Origin: Cyanophora paradoxa CCMP329
Taxonomy: Eukaryota > Plantae > Glaucophyta
DNA: 64,000 nucleotides
NCBI GenBank assembly: GCA_004431415.1
Contig: QPMI01000123.1
Location: 124,001 to 188,000, forward strand
Direction: 5' to 3'
Numbering within the stretch: position 1 is the stretch's first letter; every line of letters starts with the position of its first letter. The notes below the pieces were generated by a model that did no database searches, had not been told where the DNA came from, and saw only the letters and a program-made list of their open reading frames with translations. Made by a program: the position numbers and the translations under genes. Of this stretch, positions 1-12,400 are shown one piece after another.

Positions 1-3000
1 ACGTTTTGAACCTCGTTAAGATCTGCAAGGGCACGCCATCTTACGCCGCTGGCAATGCGCTCTTCCCCGGCTGGGCGGTCGGCTCCAACGTTATCGAGGC
101 TCGTGCTGCTTCGACACGCGCTCGCAGTCGCCTCCGCTGACCTCTCTTTTATAGGTGACGCTTGGAGGGGCGTCCTCCAGCGTCGGCTCGATCCTGTGGG
201 CGAAGCCGGTCATGTACGGAGTCCAGAAGGGTCTGACCCCCGGCCCCTTCCCCGCGCCGTTTTACTGCCCGCGCCGACCTTGCGCCCCTGCCGCAGTGAA
301 CCCGACGGTGACGCTGGCGGCGAGCGCGTCGCACCTCGGGCCCCTCACGGGCACCGTCCGCATGCTCCGCTGGGCCTCCATCGCCACCGTCTCCTGGTCC
401 GGCCAGCCCTGGATCGGCCCCGGTACGCCTTCCGCTTGATCCGCTCCGAGTCTCTTTGTCGTGCCTAACGAAGAGCGGGCCGCAGCGACGACGGGGGCCA
501 AGGCGGTGCAGGTGATCACGGACATGAACTGGGACGTGTACCCCCTCTCGGCGAACGTGACGGGGTCGCCCTGCGCCGGCGCGGCGGTGCTCTCGCTCGC
601 CGTGACGGACAACTTCGGCAAGGCCGGCAGCGACGCGTTCGTGTCGGTGGCGATCACGGCGCCGGCGCCCGTCGTCGCCGTCTCGGCGGCCACGTACAGC
701 CTCTCGGCGCCCTACGCCGAGTTCGTCATCTGGGGCACCGCCTCCTCCCCCGACGGCGCGGCCGTCGCGGCGGCCTGGTCGCAGCAGTTCCCGGTGGGGA
801 CCCCCGTCTTCTCCTCCGCGTCCAACTCGGGCAACAACCACACCATCACCATCCCCGCCGGCGTCGCCCCGGGCACCGTCCGCGCCCGCCGCCCATCCTT
901 CCTTTACCGCGCCTGACGGGCGGGGCGCAGTACACGTTCTCGTTGACGGCGACGGTCGCGTGCTCCGTCTCCACCACCGCCACCGTCGCCCTCACCGGCC
1001 CGCCCCCGCCCCGCTCGCCCCGCCCCTGATCCGCCCCGCGCTGACGGGCCCGCGCAGTGACGGCGTCGACGCCGACGATCGCCTTCCCGCCCGGGGTCAC
1101 GATCTCGACCTTCACGCAGCCCGTCGTGCAGTACACCTGGACCGCATCCGTCACTGTGCGCTCGCCCCGCCGCCCCCACCGGCTCGCCTCGTCGGCTCTT
1201 TGCCGAGGGTACTGTCCGCGCAGGACCTGGGCTCGGGCATCGCGACGGCGGTGTGGAGCTGCCTGACCTGCCCGCCCGCCACGGCCCTCGCGACGGGCGC
1301 GCTGGCCGGCGCCTTCCCCAACTACAACGTCAGCGGCACGATCACGTCGGCGCTGGCGCCCGGCTCGTACACGCTGCGCCTCACCGTCACGACGCCGGCG
1401 GCCCAGAGCGCCTCGGCCGACTTGCCGCTCGTCGTCAGCGCGGGGGCGCCGGCCGTGACGGCGCCGGCGCCGCTCTCGGTGACCATCCCCTACGCCGCGG
1501 GGAGCGCGGCGCTCGTCGCCACCGTCGACAACCCGTCGGGCACCCTCGCCTCCGCCAAGTGGGAGCTCCTCTCGGCCCCCGCGGGGAGCTCGGCGGCCCC
1601 CGGCGTCATCGCGAGCACGACGGCGGCGGCCGCGGGGGCGCCGCCCGGGACGACGCGGGTGGAGCTGCGGGCGGCGCTGCCGGTGTACGACGCGCAGGGG
1701 GCGTACACGTTCCGCGCGACGGCGACCAACTCGTACGGCCTCTCCGCCTCGGCCACCGCCACCGTCGCCGTCCTCGCCGAGGCCCCCGCCGTCCTCCTTC
1801 CGGCTCCCGCCGCCTCGGTCGCCCTCCCCGCCGCCTCCTACGCCCTCTCCGCCACCGTCGTGAACCGCGCGGGGACCCTCTCCTCGGCGGCCTGGAAGGT
1901 CGTGGGCGGGGCGGCGCTCGCCACGCAGCTCGCCGGCCCCGTGGCCGACGCGGCCGGGAACCCGACGTACACGGCGACGGCGACGCTGCCGCTGGGCGCG
2001 GCCGGCAACTTCACGCTGCGCCTCTCGTGCTCCAACAGCCACGGCCTCTCCGCCTCGGCCTCGCTCCTCCTCTCCGTCCTCCCCGCCGCGCCCACCGTCT
2101 CGGGCCTGGCGCCCACGGCCGCCCTCGTGCTGCCGTACCCGGCCACGCAGCTCTCGGGGGCGGTGAGCGCCGTGAGCGGGAGCCTCGCCTCGGCGGCGTG
2201 GACGGGCCCCTCGGGCGCCGCCCTCGCCACGAGCGTCGCCGGCGGCGTGGCGACGGCGGCGCTCCCCGCCGACCTCGCCCCGGGCGCGCACGCGTTCACC
2301 CTCACGGCGACGAACAGCTACGGCCTGGCGGCGGGCGCGAGCCTCGTCGTGAGGGTGCTCGCCGGCGAGCCCGTCGTCGCCTGGGCCGCCGGCACGCCGG
2401 CCTCGCTGCCCCTCCGGCGGCCCCTCTCCCCGAGACGGGCGCCGTGCTGCGGGGGCGGCGCTGAGCCCCGCCGGGGCGTGGCGACGGCGGTGCTGGCGCT
2501 CTTCACGGGCGCCAACGACCTCGCCGTCGCCGTCCCCGTCGCCGCCCGCCGCGACCCCGCCCTCGACTCCTCCGGCGCCGAGGGCTACGCCCTCGAGGCG
2601 GCCCTCCCCGACGTGCCCCCCGGCAACTACACCGCCGTGCTCACCGCCACCACGGGCCTGGGCGCGTCGGCCTCGTCGGCGCCGCTGCCGGTGGTCGTGT
2701 CGGACCCCGTGCCGCCGCTCGTGGCGCTGGCCGACCACGCGCTCACCGTGCGCCGCGCCGGCGTCCCCGTCGTCCTCCCCGGCCGCGCCGTCGCCTGCGG
2801 GGCGGCGCGCGTGGAGGCCCTCGGCTGGTACCGCCTCGAGCTCGCCAACGCCAGCGACCTCCGCGCCTCGGCCGTCCTTTCCGCCCAGGCCCTCGCCACC
2901 ACGCCGGCCGCCCCGGAGCCCTACGCCTACGACGGCGCCCAGTGCTCCGCCGTGCGCGCCACGGCGATGCTGCCGAAGGGCCTCCCCGCCGGCACCTACG

Positions 3001-6000
3001 CCTTCGCCCTGCGCGCCTCGAACCAGGAGCGGGTGGAGGCGGAGGCGCGCGTGAGCGTCTCCGTGCTGCCGGCGGTGCAGCCGTCGTGCGTCGTGCACGG
3101 CCCGAGCGGGGCGGCGGACGGCGGCGTCCTCACCGTCGACTCGCCCTACGCCAGCGTCCGCGTGACGGGCCTCTGCCGCACCGCCAACGGGGCCATCGCC
3201 GGCCTCTCGTGGGCGATCCTGGTGCCGGCGGCGGCTGCGAACGGGACGGCGGGGGCGACGCCGCTGGAGACGTACCTGGAGGGGCCGGCGGGGGAGGGCG
3301 TGCTGCTGGAGGGCGTGGCGCACGTGCAGCGCGGCGCCTTCGCGTTCCTCCCGCGTGGCCTCGCCGCCGGCACCCACGCCCTCCGCCTCTCCCTCGTCGA
3401 CGAGGCCGGCCTCGCCGGCAGCGCCACCCTCACCGTCCGCGTCCGCGGTGCGCCAGCCCGCTCCCCAGGGGCCGCGGGGGGGCTTAGGGCGGGTTAGAGT
3501 TGGGCCGAGAGCTAGAGGTTTTTCTAGGCCGCCCGCCGCCGCCGCCGCCGTGGACCAGCAGCAGCAGCCGGGGCGGCGGCAGCGACGACGGGCGGAGGCG
3601 GCCGCGGCGGGCGGCTGCGGGGTCGGGGCCCAGCGCGCGCCCGGGGCCCCGCGCCGCGCCGCGCCGGCCGCGTGCGTGCTGACGGCGGCGCGGCGGCGGA
3701 TGGCGCAGAGCCCGCCGAGTCCGGCCTCGCGGCCGCCCGCCGCGCCCTCCTCGAGGCAGCCCCCGACAGCAGCGCCGAGAGCGGCGGCGGCGGGCAGCGG
3801 GGGGCCGGGGGCCCTCTAGCCGTCCGCCCCCCGGGGCCCGGGGCCGCCCCCTTCTAGCGGCCCCAGCAGCGGGGCGCGGGTCTAGCAAGCCCAGGCGCGC
3901 CCCGGCCTCACCGCCCGCGGCCCGCCAGCGCTGCGGGGGGCGCTCTTCTTCACGGGGTGGACGGTGTCGGCGGTCGGGGCGGGCGTGGTGGCGGCGGCGG
4001 CGCTGGCGGGGCCCCTGCTGCCCCACAAGGCCTGGCTCTCCGTCTCCCCCAAGGCCTCCCTCGCCCTCCTCTCCCACTTCCAGGTCCGCCCGCCCCGCCC
4101 CGCCCCGCCCGCCGGCCCTCGCGGGGCCGATCTGACGCGTGCGCGGCGCGGGCGCAGGTGGTGGCGATGACGGGGGCCCTGGCGTGCTCGCTGCACCCGT
4201 CTTACCGCGATTACTCGGACACCTTCCGCTGGACCCTCCTCCAGTTCCGCCTCCCCTGGGAGCCGGCCCGCGCCGGCGGCTCGGGCTCCATCCCCGCCAA
4301 CCCCTTCTACTCCTCCCCCTCCCTCCGCCCCGCCCGCCGCTCCCGCGCCCTCCTCCAGGACGCCGCCGCCTCGTCGACGCTGGACCTCGGGGCGGAGCCC
4401 GTGGCGGCCCCCGGGGCGGACGACGTGGACCAGACGAGCGCGGCCGCCGTCGGGCTCTGGGGCGGCGAGGACGGCGGCGACGAGTCCGACGCCAGCGCCG
4501 ACTTCCGCTCCGCCCTCTTCTACTCCGTCCGCCCCCGCCCCGCCCCGCCCCCGCGCTCCCTTTCCCGCTCGCGCGCCGACGGGGCGGGGCGTGCAGGCGC
4601 TGTGCGCGGCCGGCGTCGTCGTGCTGCACCTCGCCCTCCGCTTCGGCTACGGGCGCCTCGCGCGCAAGGGCCGCGCCGCCGCCGCCGCCCGCTTCCCCTT
4701 CCCCGCTACGAGATCCTCGCCATGGTCCGCCCGCCCCCCGCCGCCCGCCCCGCCCCGCCAAGGGCGGCTGCCGACGCCGGCCGCCCTCGCAGGACGCGAT
4801 CTACGGCGGCGTGTGCATCGCGGCGGCGCGGCTGATCCCGCGCGCGCGCTCGCCGGCGGAGCTGGCGGCGGCGGTGGCGGCGCTGGTGCTCGTGCCGGTG
4901 GCGTACCTGCTCTTCGTGGTGGCGACGCTGCACCGCGGCCTCGCGCTGCGGCGCCTCCTCGAGTACCGCCCCGCCGTCACCAAGAAGGCCCTCGCCTCCT
5001 CCTCCAGCAGCGACGAGAGCGGCAGCGAGGCCGACGGCCCCGCCCCGCCCCTCGAGCCCCAGAACGCCGCGCTCCTCTCCCCGGCCGGGGAGCGGCCCTC
5101 GACGGCCGGCGGCTCCTCGGCCTCGCCGCGGGCCTTCCCGCCGCTGGAGGTGCCGCGGGGCCCGGACACGGGCTCCCGCCGCGGCTCCGGCGCCTCCGCG
5201 CTCTCGGGCGAGGAGGCCCCCGGCCCCGCCCTCGCCCTCCCCCCGAGCTCCGTCTCCGCCTGGCTCGACCGCTCCCCGCCCCACTTCGCCTACTCCCCGG
5301 AGCCCGTCCGCCCCCTCCGCCTCCCGGGGCCCTCCTCCCTCCCCTCCTCCCCCCGCCCGGGGCCCAGCGGCCCCGGCCCCGCCCTCCCCGCGGCCCGGCC
5401 CGGCGCCGCCCTCGCCGGGGCGGCCGGCCGGCGCCCGGGGCCGGGGGGCGGGGAGCGGGAGCGACTCGGAGGGCCCGACGGGGCGCGGGGCGGCGACGGG
5501 GCGGGGCCCGCGGCGGGCGTCGAATGCGGTGCCGGCGGCGGGGCGGCCGTGGACGGCGGCGGCGTCGGAGGAGTCGGAGGAGGGCGGGCGGCGCGGGCGG
5601 CGGCGCGAGGGCGCCTTCCGCGCGGCCGTCCGCACCGTCTTCGACTTCCTCCAGCTCCGCGTCCCCCGCCGCGAGCCTTCCTCGGCCTACGGCGCCCTCG
5701 CCTCGGCGCGCGTGGGGCCCGAGACGGAGACGGACGGGGAGGCGGAGCGGGCCTCGCCGCGCTCCGAGGCCGGCCTCGAGCTCGCAGCGCGCGACCCGGG
5801 CGAAGCCGGCCTCGCCGCCGGCTGGGAGGGCCTCGCCTTCCCCGCCCAGCACGTCCACCGCGCCCGCCCCGCCGGCCTCCCCTACCTGCCCCTCCCGCGG
5901 GGAGCCCGATGCGGCCGGGGCGGCGCGGCTCGGACGCGAGCGCCGTGAGCTTCGCGCACGTGCCCCTCTCCATCGCCGCCTCCTCCCGCCGCGGCTCCCT

Positions 6001-6986
6001 CCCCGCGGACACCGCCCGCGCCCCGGGCCGGAGGGCTTCGCGCTCGGGCCGGGCCCGGCGACGGGGCGGGGGACGGCGCGGCGGCGGAGCAGCCTCGGGA
6101 GGCGCTGCGGCAGTGGGGCGGGCAGCTCTACTCGCCCCGCACCGCCGCCCGCCTGGCCCTCATTGTCGGCTTCATGGGCGGCGGCAAGCGCCCGCAGGGG
6201 GCGGGGCAGGGGTCGGGGCGGGTGAGCCTGCGGACGGCGCGCTCGCGGGGCGGCTCGACGTCGCGCCGCGGCTCCCTCGCCGCCTCCTTCCGGCGCCGCG
6301 CGAGCCTCGTCGCCGCCCTCCCCGGCGCCGCCAAGCAGATCATCCGCGGCTCCCGGGGCGAGTGGGTGACCCCCGGGGGCAAGGCGGGGCCCGGGGAGGC
6401 CTTCATGCGCCGCTTCGGGCCCCTCTTCGAGGACCAGGCCGAGGCGCGCCTCGCGTACCTCTTCTCCGCCTTCGACCTGCTGAAGAAGCTCGTGCTGGCC
6501 GTCGTGCTCTCCTCGGTGCGGGACCAGTACACGCAGCTCGCCTGCATCATCCTCTTGAACCTCGCCACCCTCGTGTACCTCGCCTGGTCCCTCCCCTTCA
6601 ACCGCATGCGGGACAACTACACGAGCCTCGGGGCCGTCTTCCTGCAGACGGCCTTCTTCGTGATGGTGAACGTGTCGGACCGGGACTCGCCGGAGAGCGC
6701 CGCCGTGGCGACGGCGATGGCCTCGCTGCAGACGGCGGGGGCCGTCTTCCTCATGCTCGGCCACTTCCAGCTCCTCGTCGCCGTCGCCGTCCGCGTCGCC
6801 GGGCCCGCCGCCGCCGCCCTCGTCGCCCGCTTCCGGCCCCTCCGCCGCGTCGCCCCGAGCCCCGCGCCCGAGCCCGAGGCCGAGCCTGCGGCCGCCCCGC
6901 CGCCCCGGGCCCCGTCGCCCCCTCCTCGGGGGACTCCCTGGGGCTCCGGGGACGCCCCCGCCGCCGGGGGCGCAGGCGGGTCCTGA
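1..6986 (+). CDS. Large membrane protein: PKD/Ig-like repeat ectodomain plus fungal-type TRP/Flc-like multi-TM domain (5' partial, multi-exon)
   Basis: Repeated beta-sandwich motifs (SAKWELLS..GAYTFRATATNSYGLSASATATVAV; GAHAFTLTATNSYGL; GTYAFALRASN). Spliced across introns (e.g. 3448-3527, 4084-4158) to LLSHFQ|VVAMTG..YRDYSDTFRW and RRFGPLFED..FDLLKKLVLAVV..SLPF, typical of TRP/Flc-type TM regions. Stop TGA at 6984-6986. Confidence 0.7.
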
Positions 6987-7477
6987 GCTCCTCACGCCCC
7001 GCGCCGCCGCCGAGCGCTGGCGCGGCATCCGAGCCGCAGGGCGCCCCCTGCCCCCGCAGGGCCGCCCCGCCCCCGCCTCGGAGCTCCTCCCCCTCGAGAA
7101 CGCGTAGGGCCCGCCCGCTGCAGTCCGCGAGCGGCGCACACAGGAGATCCGCCGCGCTTAGTTTTCATCTAGTGTCGGGCAGGCTGTAAAGAAGATGGGG
7201 AACTCGAAGCAGCTAGTTAGATCGCTGTGAGTGTTTAACGGTTTTAGGGATCGGTAGACGCTTTAATTTTATCGAGCAACTCAAAATGACGGGAGTCCAA
7301 GCTAGTGAGCTGAAGGAATGCTGAACGTTGTCGTCTGCACGGCTGGCGGTCCCACGTGAGCGCCAGTGACCGAACGGGGGTGCGCGTGCGAGGGCTGCCC
7401 CTCGGACGCGCGCCCTGCTCGAGGGCGACGTCTCCTCGCGGTTGACGAGCACGGGGGCGGGGGCGAGGGCTCGGCGG

Positions 7478-8772
7478 CTAGCCCTGCTTGACGAACATGG
7501 CGCGGTAGACGGGGAGGCCGCGCTCGAGCACGCACGCCTCCCGCTCCGTCGCCAGCCCCAGCGGGTTCGAGGCCAGCCACTCCGCCTCCCCCGCCCCCTC
7601 CCCGTGCAGCGCCCCGTCCAGCCGCAGGCCCGGCGTCCCCGCCAGGATCGCCCGCATCTGCCGCCGCTCTCAGGCGCCGGAGCACCGGGGGCGCGGGGCG
7701 GGGGCACCTGCTGGGCGACCTCGAAGACGTCGGACTGGGCGAAGATGCGCCCGCCCGGCCGCAGGTGCCCCGCCAGGCACGCCGTCAGCGGCTCCTGCAC
7801 CACCCGCCGCTTCTGCTGCCGCCGCTTCCACCTGCCGCCCCGCCCTCAGCGGGCTGCCATGGATGACGAGGGGCCAGAGATTGGACTCGCCAGGGGTCGG
7901 GCATCTGGATGGAGACCTGCCGCAGTGCGGGCAGTTGGGGCGGCGGCGGGCGGGCGGGGGGCGGGGCGGGGGCGGGTGGGGCGGACGAGGTCGAGGGTGC
8001 CCGGGGGGAAGGAGCGGCAGAGGACCTCGCACGAGACGTTGATGTTGCCGTCCAGGTAGTGCCTGCGCGCGGCGGCCGCTCGGGCTACGATCGCGAGGGC
8101 GCCGGCGGCCGCGGCGGCGCGCTGATGCGCACAGGTTCTTGAGGCCGAGCTCGTCGCGCCAACGGTTGGCCTGCCACACGAGCGCGCTGCGGATCTCCAC
8201 GCCGACGAAGTTGCGCTCCGGGTGCCGCTGCGCGTACTCCAGCAAGAAACGGCCCTTGGCGACGCCGACGTCGAGGTGGATCGGGCGGCCCGCGTCCTCG
8301 AAGACGGTGGCCCAGTCGGGCGGCACGAGCGGCTCCTGGAAGCGCGCCTCCAGCGGGTTCACGTGCTGCCTCACGCGCAGCTGCCCGCCCTTCATCTGCG
8401 CGCGGCGCGCCGTGAGATTGATAGCTAGCGAAGCATGGGTCGCGCAATAGCTGTGCGCATGCTCGCCTTCTTTCTAATCCACTCCGGGATATCGTCGCTA
8501 TCTGCCGCTTGTGCTGGCCGGGGGCTGGGGGTTGGGCTGGCAGTGGCGCTGCCCTCGGCGCGCGGCGTCTCGCTGAGCGCCCACGTCGAGGCTACGAACT
8601 GTTGCAGGGTCTCATTCGCCGTTTGCGGGCGCCGGCGCCGCGGCGCGGCCGGCGCGCCCGCAGTCTCGAATCTCGATCCGGTGGCTTGCCTTACGGCTAG
8701 CCTGAGCGGCGCAATAACGCACGCCGCGCCGCGCCGAGCGGGCAGCGCCGCACACCCGCAGAACGAAAGCAT
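7478..8772 (-). CDS. trmB: tRNA (guanine-N7)-methyltransferase, bacterial/cyanobacterial type, probable organelle transit peptide
   Basis: RVRQHVNPL, LDVGVAKGRFLL, NFVGVEIR, QMPDP|WWKRRQQKRRVVQ, IFAQSDV, NPLGLATERE..PVYR. N-terminal extension MLSFCGCAALPARR. Confidence 0.9.
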
Positions 8773-9424
8773 CTCAGCTGGATGGCTCTACCCGCCCCTC
8801 GCTCCGCCCCTGAAGTCGTGGCACTGATACCCCTCCTTGAAGCTGATCCCAATGGCGTTCCATAGCGTTCGTCCGCCGGGCCGGACCGCGCGCGCATGCG
8901 CATGCACACGCATGGCTGCTTTCTCCGCGCATTCAGTTCATCATGAGCTCCGAGTCCTCCGAGCCAAGTTCCTCGTCACCGCAACTTGGCGAGCACGCTC
9001 ATACATGCATATGGCGCGCAGAGACATGGCGGCTGCATGCTATGGCACCATGGCGGATGATGGCGCTCCGTCGAGGTTCGTCAGCGTTTGCGAAGAGCTT
9101 TCGATGCGCTGGCGGCGTCGCCTTTCATCCGCGCTGTAAGTTTTCATGGTCACCTCGGTTCGCAGAAAGGACGCAGATCGGAGCGAGCACCAGTTAAGAC
9201 AGCCACGGCATTAATTGATCGCGGCGCAACTTTGCATCAGCAGCTGCGCCGGCCGGCGCCAGCGCATGCGCATCAGCTTGCTTGCAAGAAAGAGCGTATC
9301 TTACAGCTCGCACCGCATCTCCTCGCATCATCAGCAGCGCCACTACAGCGTCCGGCGCGCGCACGGCGGGAGAACCCTTGTCGGGAGCCTGCAAGGATAG
9401 CGTTTCCCGCGGCGGGCGCGGTGG

Positions 9425-12400
9425 ATGCACAAAATGCAGATGGCGGGCGGACACGGACTTTCCGACGGCTGGAGGGCGGTGCTCCTCGCCTCCGACGGCG
9501 TCATCGCCTTCTCCTACTTCCTGATCCCAGGTGCGCGGCGCTCCGGCTCTCCGGGGCCGCCGGCCGCCGACGGGGGCGGGGGGCAGGGATGCTGGGGCTC
9601 TTCCTGAGGCGGCGGTGGGCTGACTTCGCGCTGGGCCTCCGCCTCGCCCTCGGCCTCTTCGTCGCCTTCATCCTCTGCTGCGGCGCCGTGCGCGCCCGCG
9701 CTCCCCATGGCCACCCCAGCCGGCCCCCGCCGCGCTGCCCGCCGGCGCCCTCCCAGGAGCCGCCGCTCACCGGGCCGCCCCCGCAGACGCACGCCTCGGC
9801 GATCCTGGTGGAGTCCTTCGGCCCCCGCTTCGAGTTCATGGTCCTCACCGCCGTGCGCCCCGCCCCCCGCCGGAGTGCTCCAGCGGGCCCCCGGCCCCTC
9901 GGCGACCCCCGCGGCAGGTGCTGAAGACGGGGACGGCGGTGGTGTCGGCGCTGACGGCGGCGCTGCTCTTCGTCTTCGTCCCCCTGCTCCTCGACGTCCC
10001 CCTCGAGCTCCAGCGGGAGAAGCGCCACCGCGCCCAGCTCGAGGCCCTCTGCCGCTCCCGCCTCGAGGTGCGGCGCGCCCGCGCGGGGGCGGCTGCCGGC
10101 GGCCTCGGGGGCCTCTGAGGCCCGGGGCAGGTGGAGGAGGAGCTGCGGCGGCAGCTCGAGCGGCGGGACGTGCTGCGCCGCATCACCAACGCGGTGCGGG
10201 GCACGCTCGAGGCGGAGGGGGTCTTCGCGACGGCGGCGCGGGAGATCGGGCGGGCCTTCCACGCCGACCTCTGCACCGTCTGGGTCCGCGAGGAGGCCGA
10301 CGAGGAGGGCGCGGGGGCCGAGGCCGGCGAGCCCGAGGGCGCCCCCGCCCCGGGCGGCGTCCGCTGCGCCGCCACCTTCCGCCCCGACGTCGAGGCGGGG
10401 GCGGGACCGGAGGAGAAGGCGGGTGCGGGGGCGCCCTACGCCGTCGTCGACGTCGACGACGCGGAGGCCGAGGGGGGCGAGGAGGCGGGCGCGGGGGGCG
10501 GGCGGGGCTCGGGGGAGTGCGGGGCGGGGCGGGTGTCGGGGCCGGGGCCGGGGAGGCGGCGGCGCCCCTCGCTGGGGGAGGCGGCGTGGATCCAGGAGGC
10601 CCTCCTCGCCGACGCCGTCGTCCAGGCCCGCCCCGCCCCGCCCCGCCCCGCGCCCTCCTCCTCATTCCGCTCCTCCTCCGGCGCAGGTGCCGGACGTGGA
10701 GAAGGAGCCGCGCTCCTCCCTCGGCGACTCCCTCGGCGACTCCCTCGGCGAGGCCCGCCGTCTCGAGCTCGGCGCCTCGGGATCGGACCTGATCTCCGCC
10801 TGCGCGCAGTTCGGGGCGCGGAGCGCGTTCTGCGTGCGGACGTCGTTCGCGGGGCGGGCGAACGGGCTCATCTTCGTGGCGCGGCGGCGGCCGGCGGCGG
10901 CGCTGGAGGAGGCGGACGGGGACCTCCTCACCGCCGCCGCCGAGCAGGTCGGCATCGCCTTCGCCCACGGTGCCCCCGCCCCTCCCCTCCCCTCCTCTCC
11001 TCCGCGCGCCCGCCGAGCGCCCGGGCAGCGCGGATGGTGGGGCGGCTGCGGCGGGCGAACGAGGCGCTGCGGGGGGCGCGGGAGGCCGCCGAGGGGGCCA
11101 ACGCCGCCAAGTCCCAATTCATCGCGTGCATGACGCACGAGCTGAGGACGCCGCTCAACGGTCCGCGCGTCCGCCCGGCTCGCGGGGGCCCCGGGCCGAC
11201 GGGGCGCAGCGGTGATCGGGTTCACGTCGGTGCTGCTCGACGACGCCGGCGAGGGCGCGCCCCGGGGCCTCCTCGGGCCCCCCGAGCCCTGCCCGCTCGG
11301 CGAGGAGCGGCGGGACATGCTCGAGACCATCCGCAGCAGCGGCGAGGCCCTCATGGCGGTGCGCCCGGTGGGAAGGAAAGGAAAGGAAAGGGAAGAGAAG
11401 AGAGGGAAGGGGTTGAGCTGGGGCGGCCGCGGGCAGATCATCAACGACATCCTGGACTTCAGCAAGCTGGAGGCGCAGCGGGTGGAGTTCGAGGCGCGGC
11501 CCTTCCCCGTCCCCTCCGTCGTAGAGGACTCCCTCGAGCTCGTCGTCCGCTCCTCCCCCGCCCCCTCGCCCTCCCCCCGGGCCCTCACGCGGGGCAGGCG
11601 GCGGGGGCGGCGAAGAAGGGCCTCGCCCTCACCTGGGCCCTCGAGCGCGACGTGCCCCAGGCGCGCCTCGTGCCTCTCCCGCCTGTTTCCGCCCCTCACG
11701 CGGGGGCCGGGGCAGGTGGCGGTGGGGGACGCCGCGCGCCTCCGCCAGGTCCTCCTCAACCGTCCGCCCCCGCCCCGGCCCCTCGTCCCCGCCCCCGCCC
11801 CGCCCCCCTCACCCCGGCCGGCACCCCCCGCAGTGCTCTCCAACGGCGTCAAGTTCACGCCGAGAAACGGCTCCATCGCCGTCCGCTGCCGGCTCGCCCC
11901 GGGCGGCCCCGCCGCGGGGCCCCTGGACGCCCTCGAGCCCCTCCCGCGCCTGCCCCGCTCCGCCTCGGGCCCCCTCCACCCGCGCCGCGCCTCCGCCCCG
12001 GCGAGCTCCCGCCCCGCCTCGGGGCGCCGCCTCTCCGCCCCCGCCGACTCGCCGGCGCTGCTGCGGGCGCTGCCGCCCCGCGGCGCTCCCCTCTACCTCC
12101 GCTTCGACGTCGTCGACACGGCGCGCGCCCCGCGCCCCGCTCCCCGCCCCCGCCCCCGCCCCCTCTGAGCTCGGGCGCAGGGGATCGGGATCCCGCCGGA
12201 GCGCGCGGGGCGCCTCTTCCAGCCCTTCAGCCAGATGGACGCCGGCACCACGCGGTGCGCCTCGCCCCTCCTCCTCCACCCTCGCTGCGCGGGGCCGTCG
12301 GCGAGGCGGGGGGCGCGGCAGCGAGTACGGGGGCACGGGCCTCGGGCTTGCGATCTCCAAGAAGATCGTGGAAGGGATGGGGGGGCGCCTCTGGTGCTCC

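Noticed and set aside
3481-3497. TTAGGG-like words
   Set aside because: Two imperfect copies inside an intron; not a telomeric array.
846-7189. Very long Arg/Pro/Gly-rich ORFs (846-3377 -, 4139-7189 +, and many similar across the window)
   Set aside because: Antisense or off-frame shadows of real genes; stop codons are rare at this GC content.
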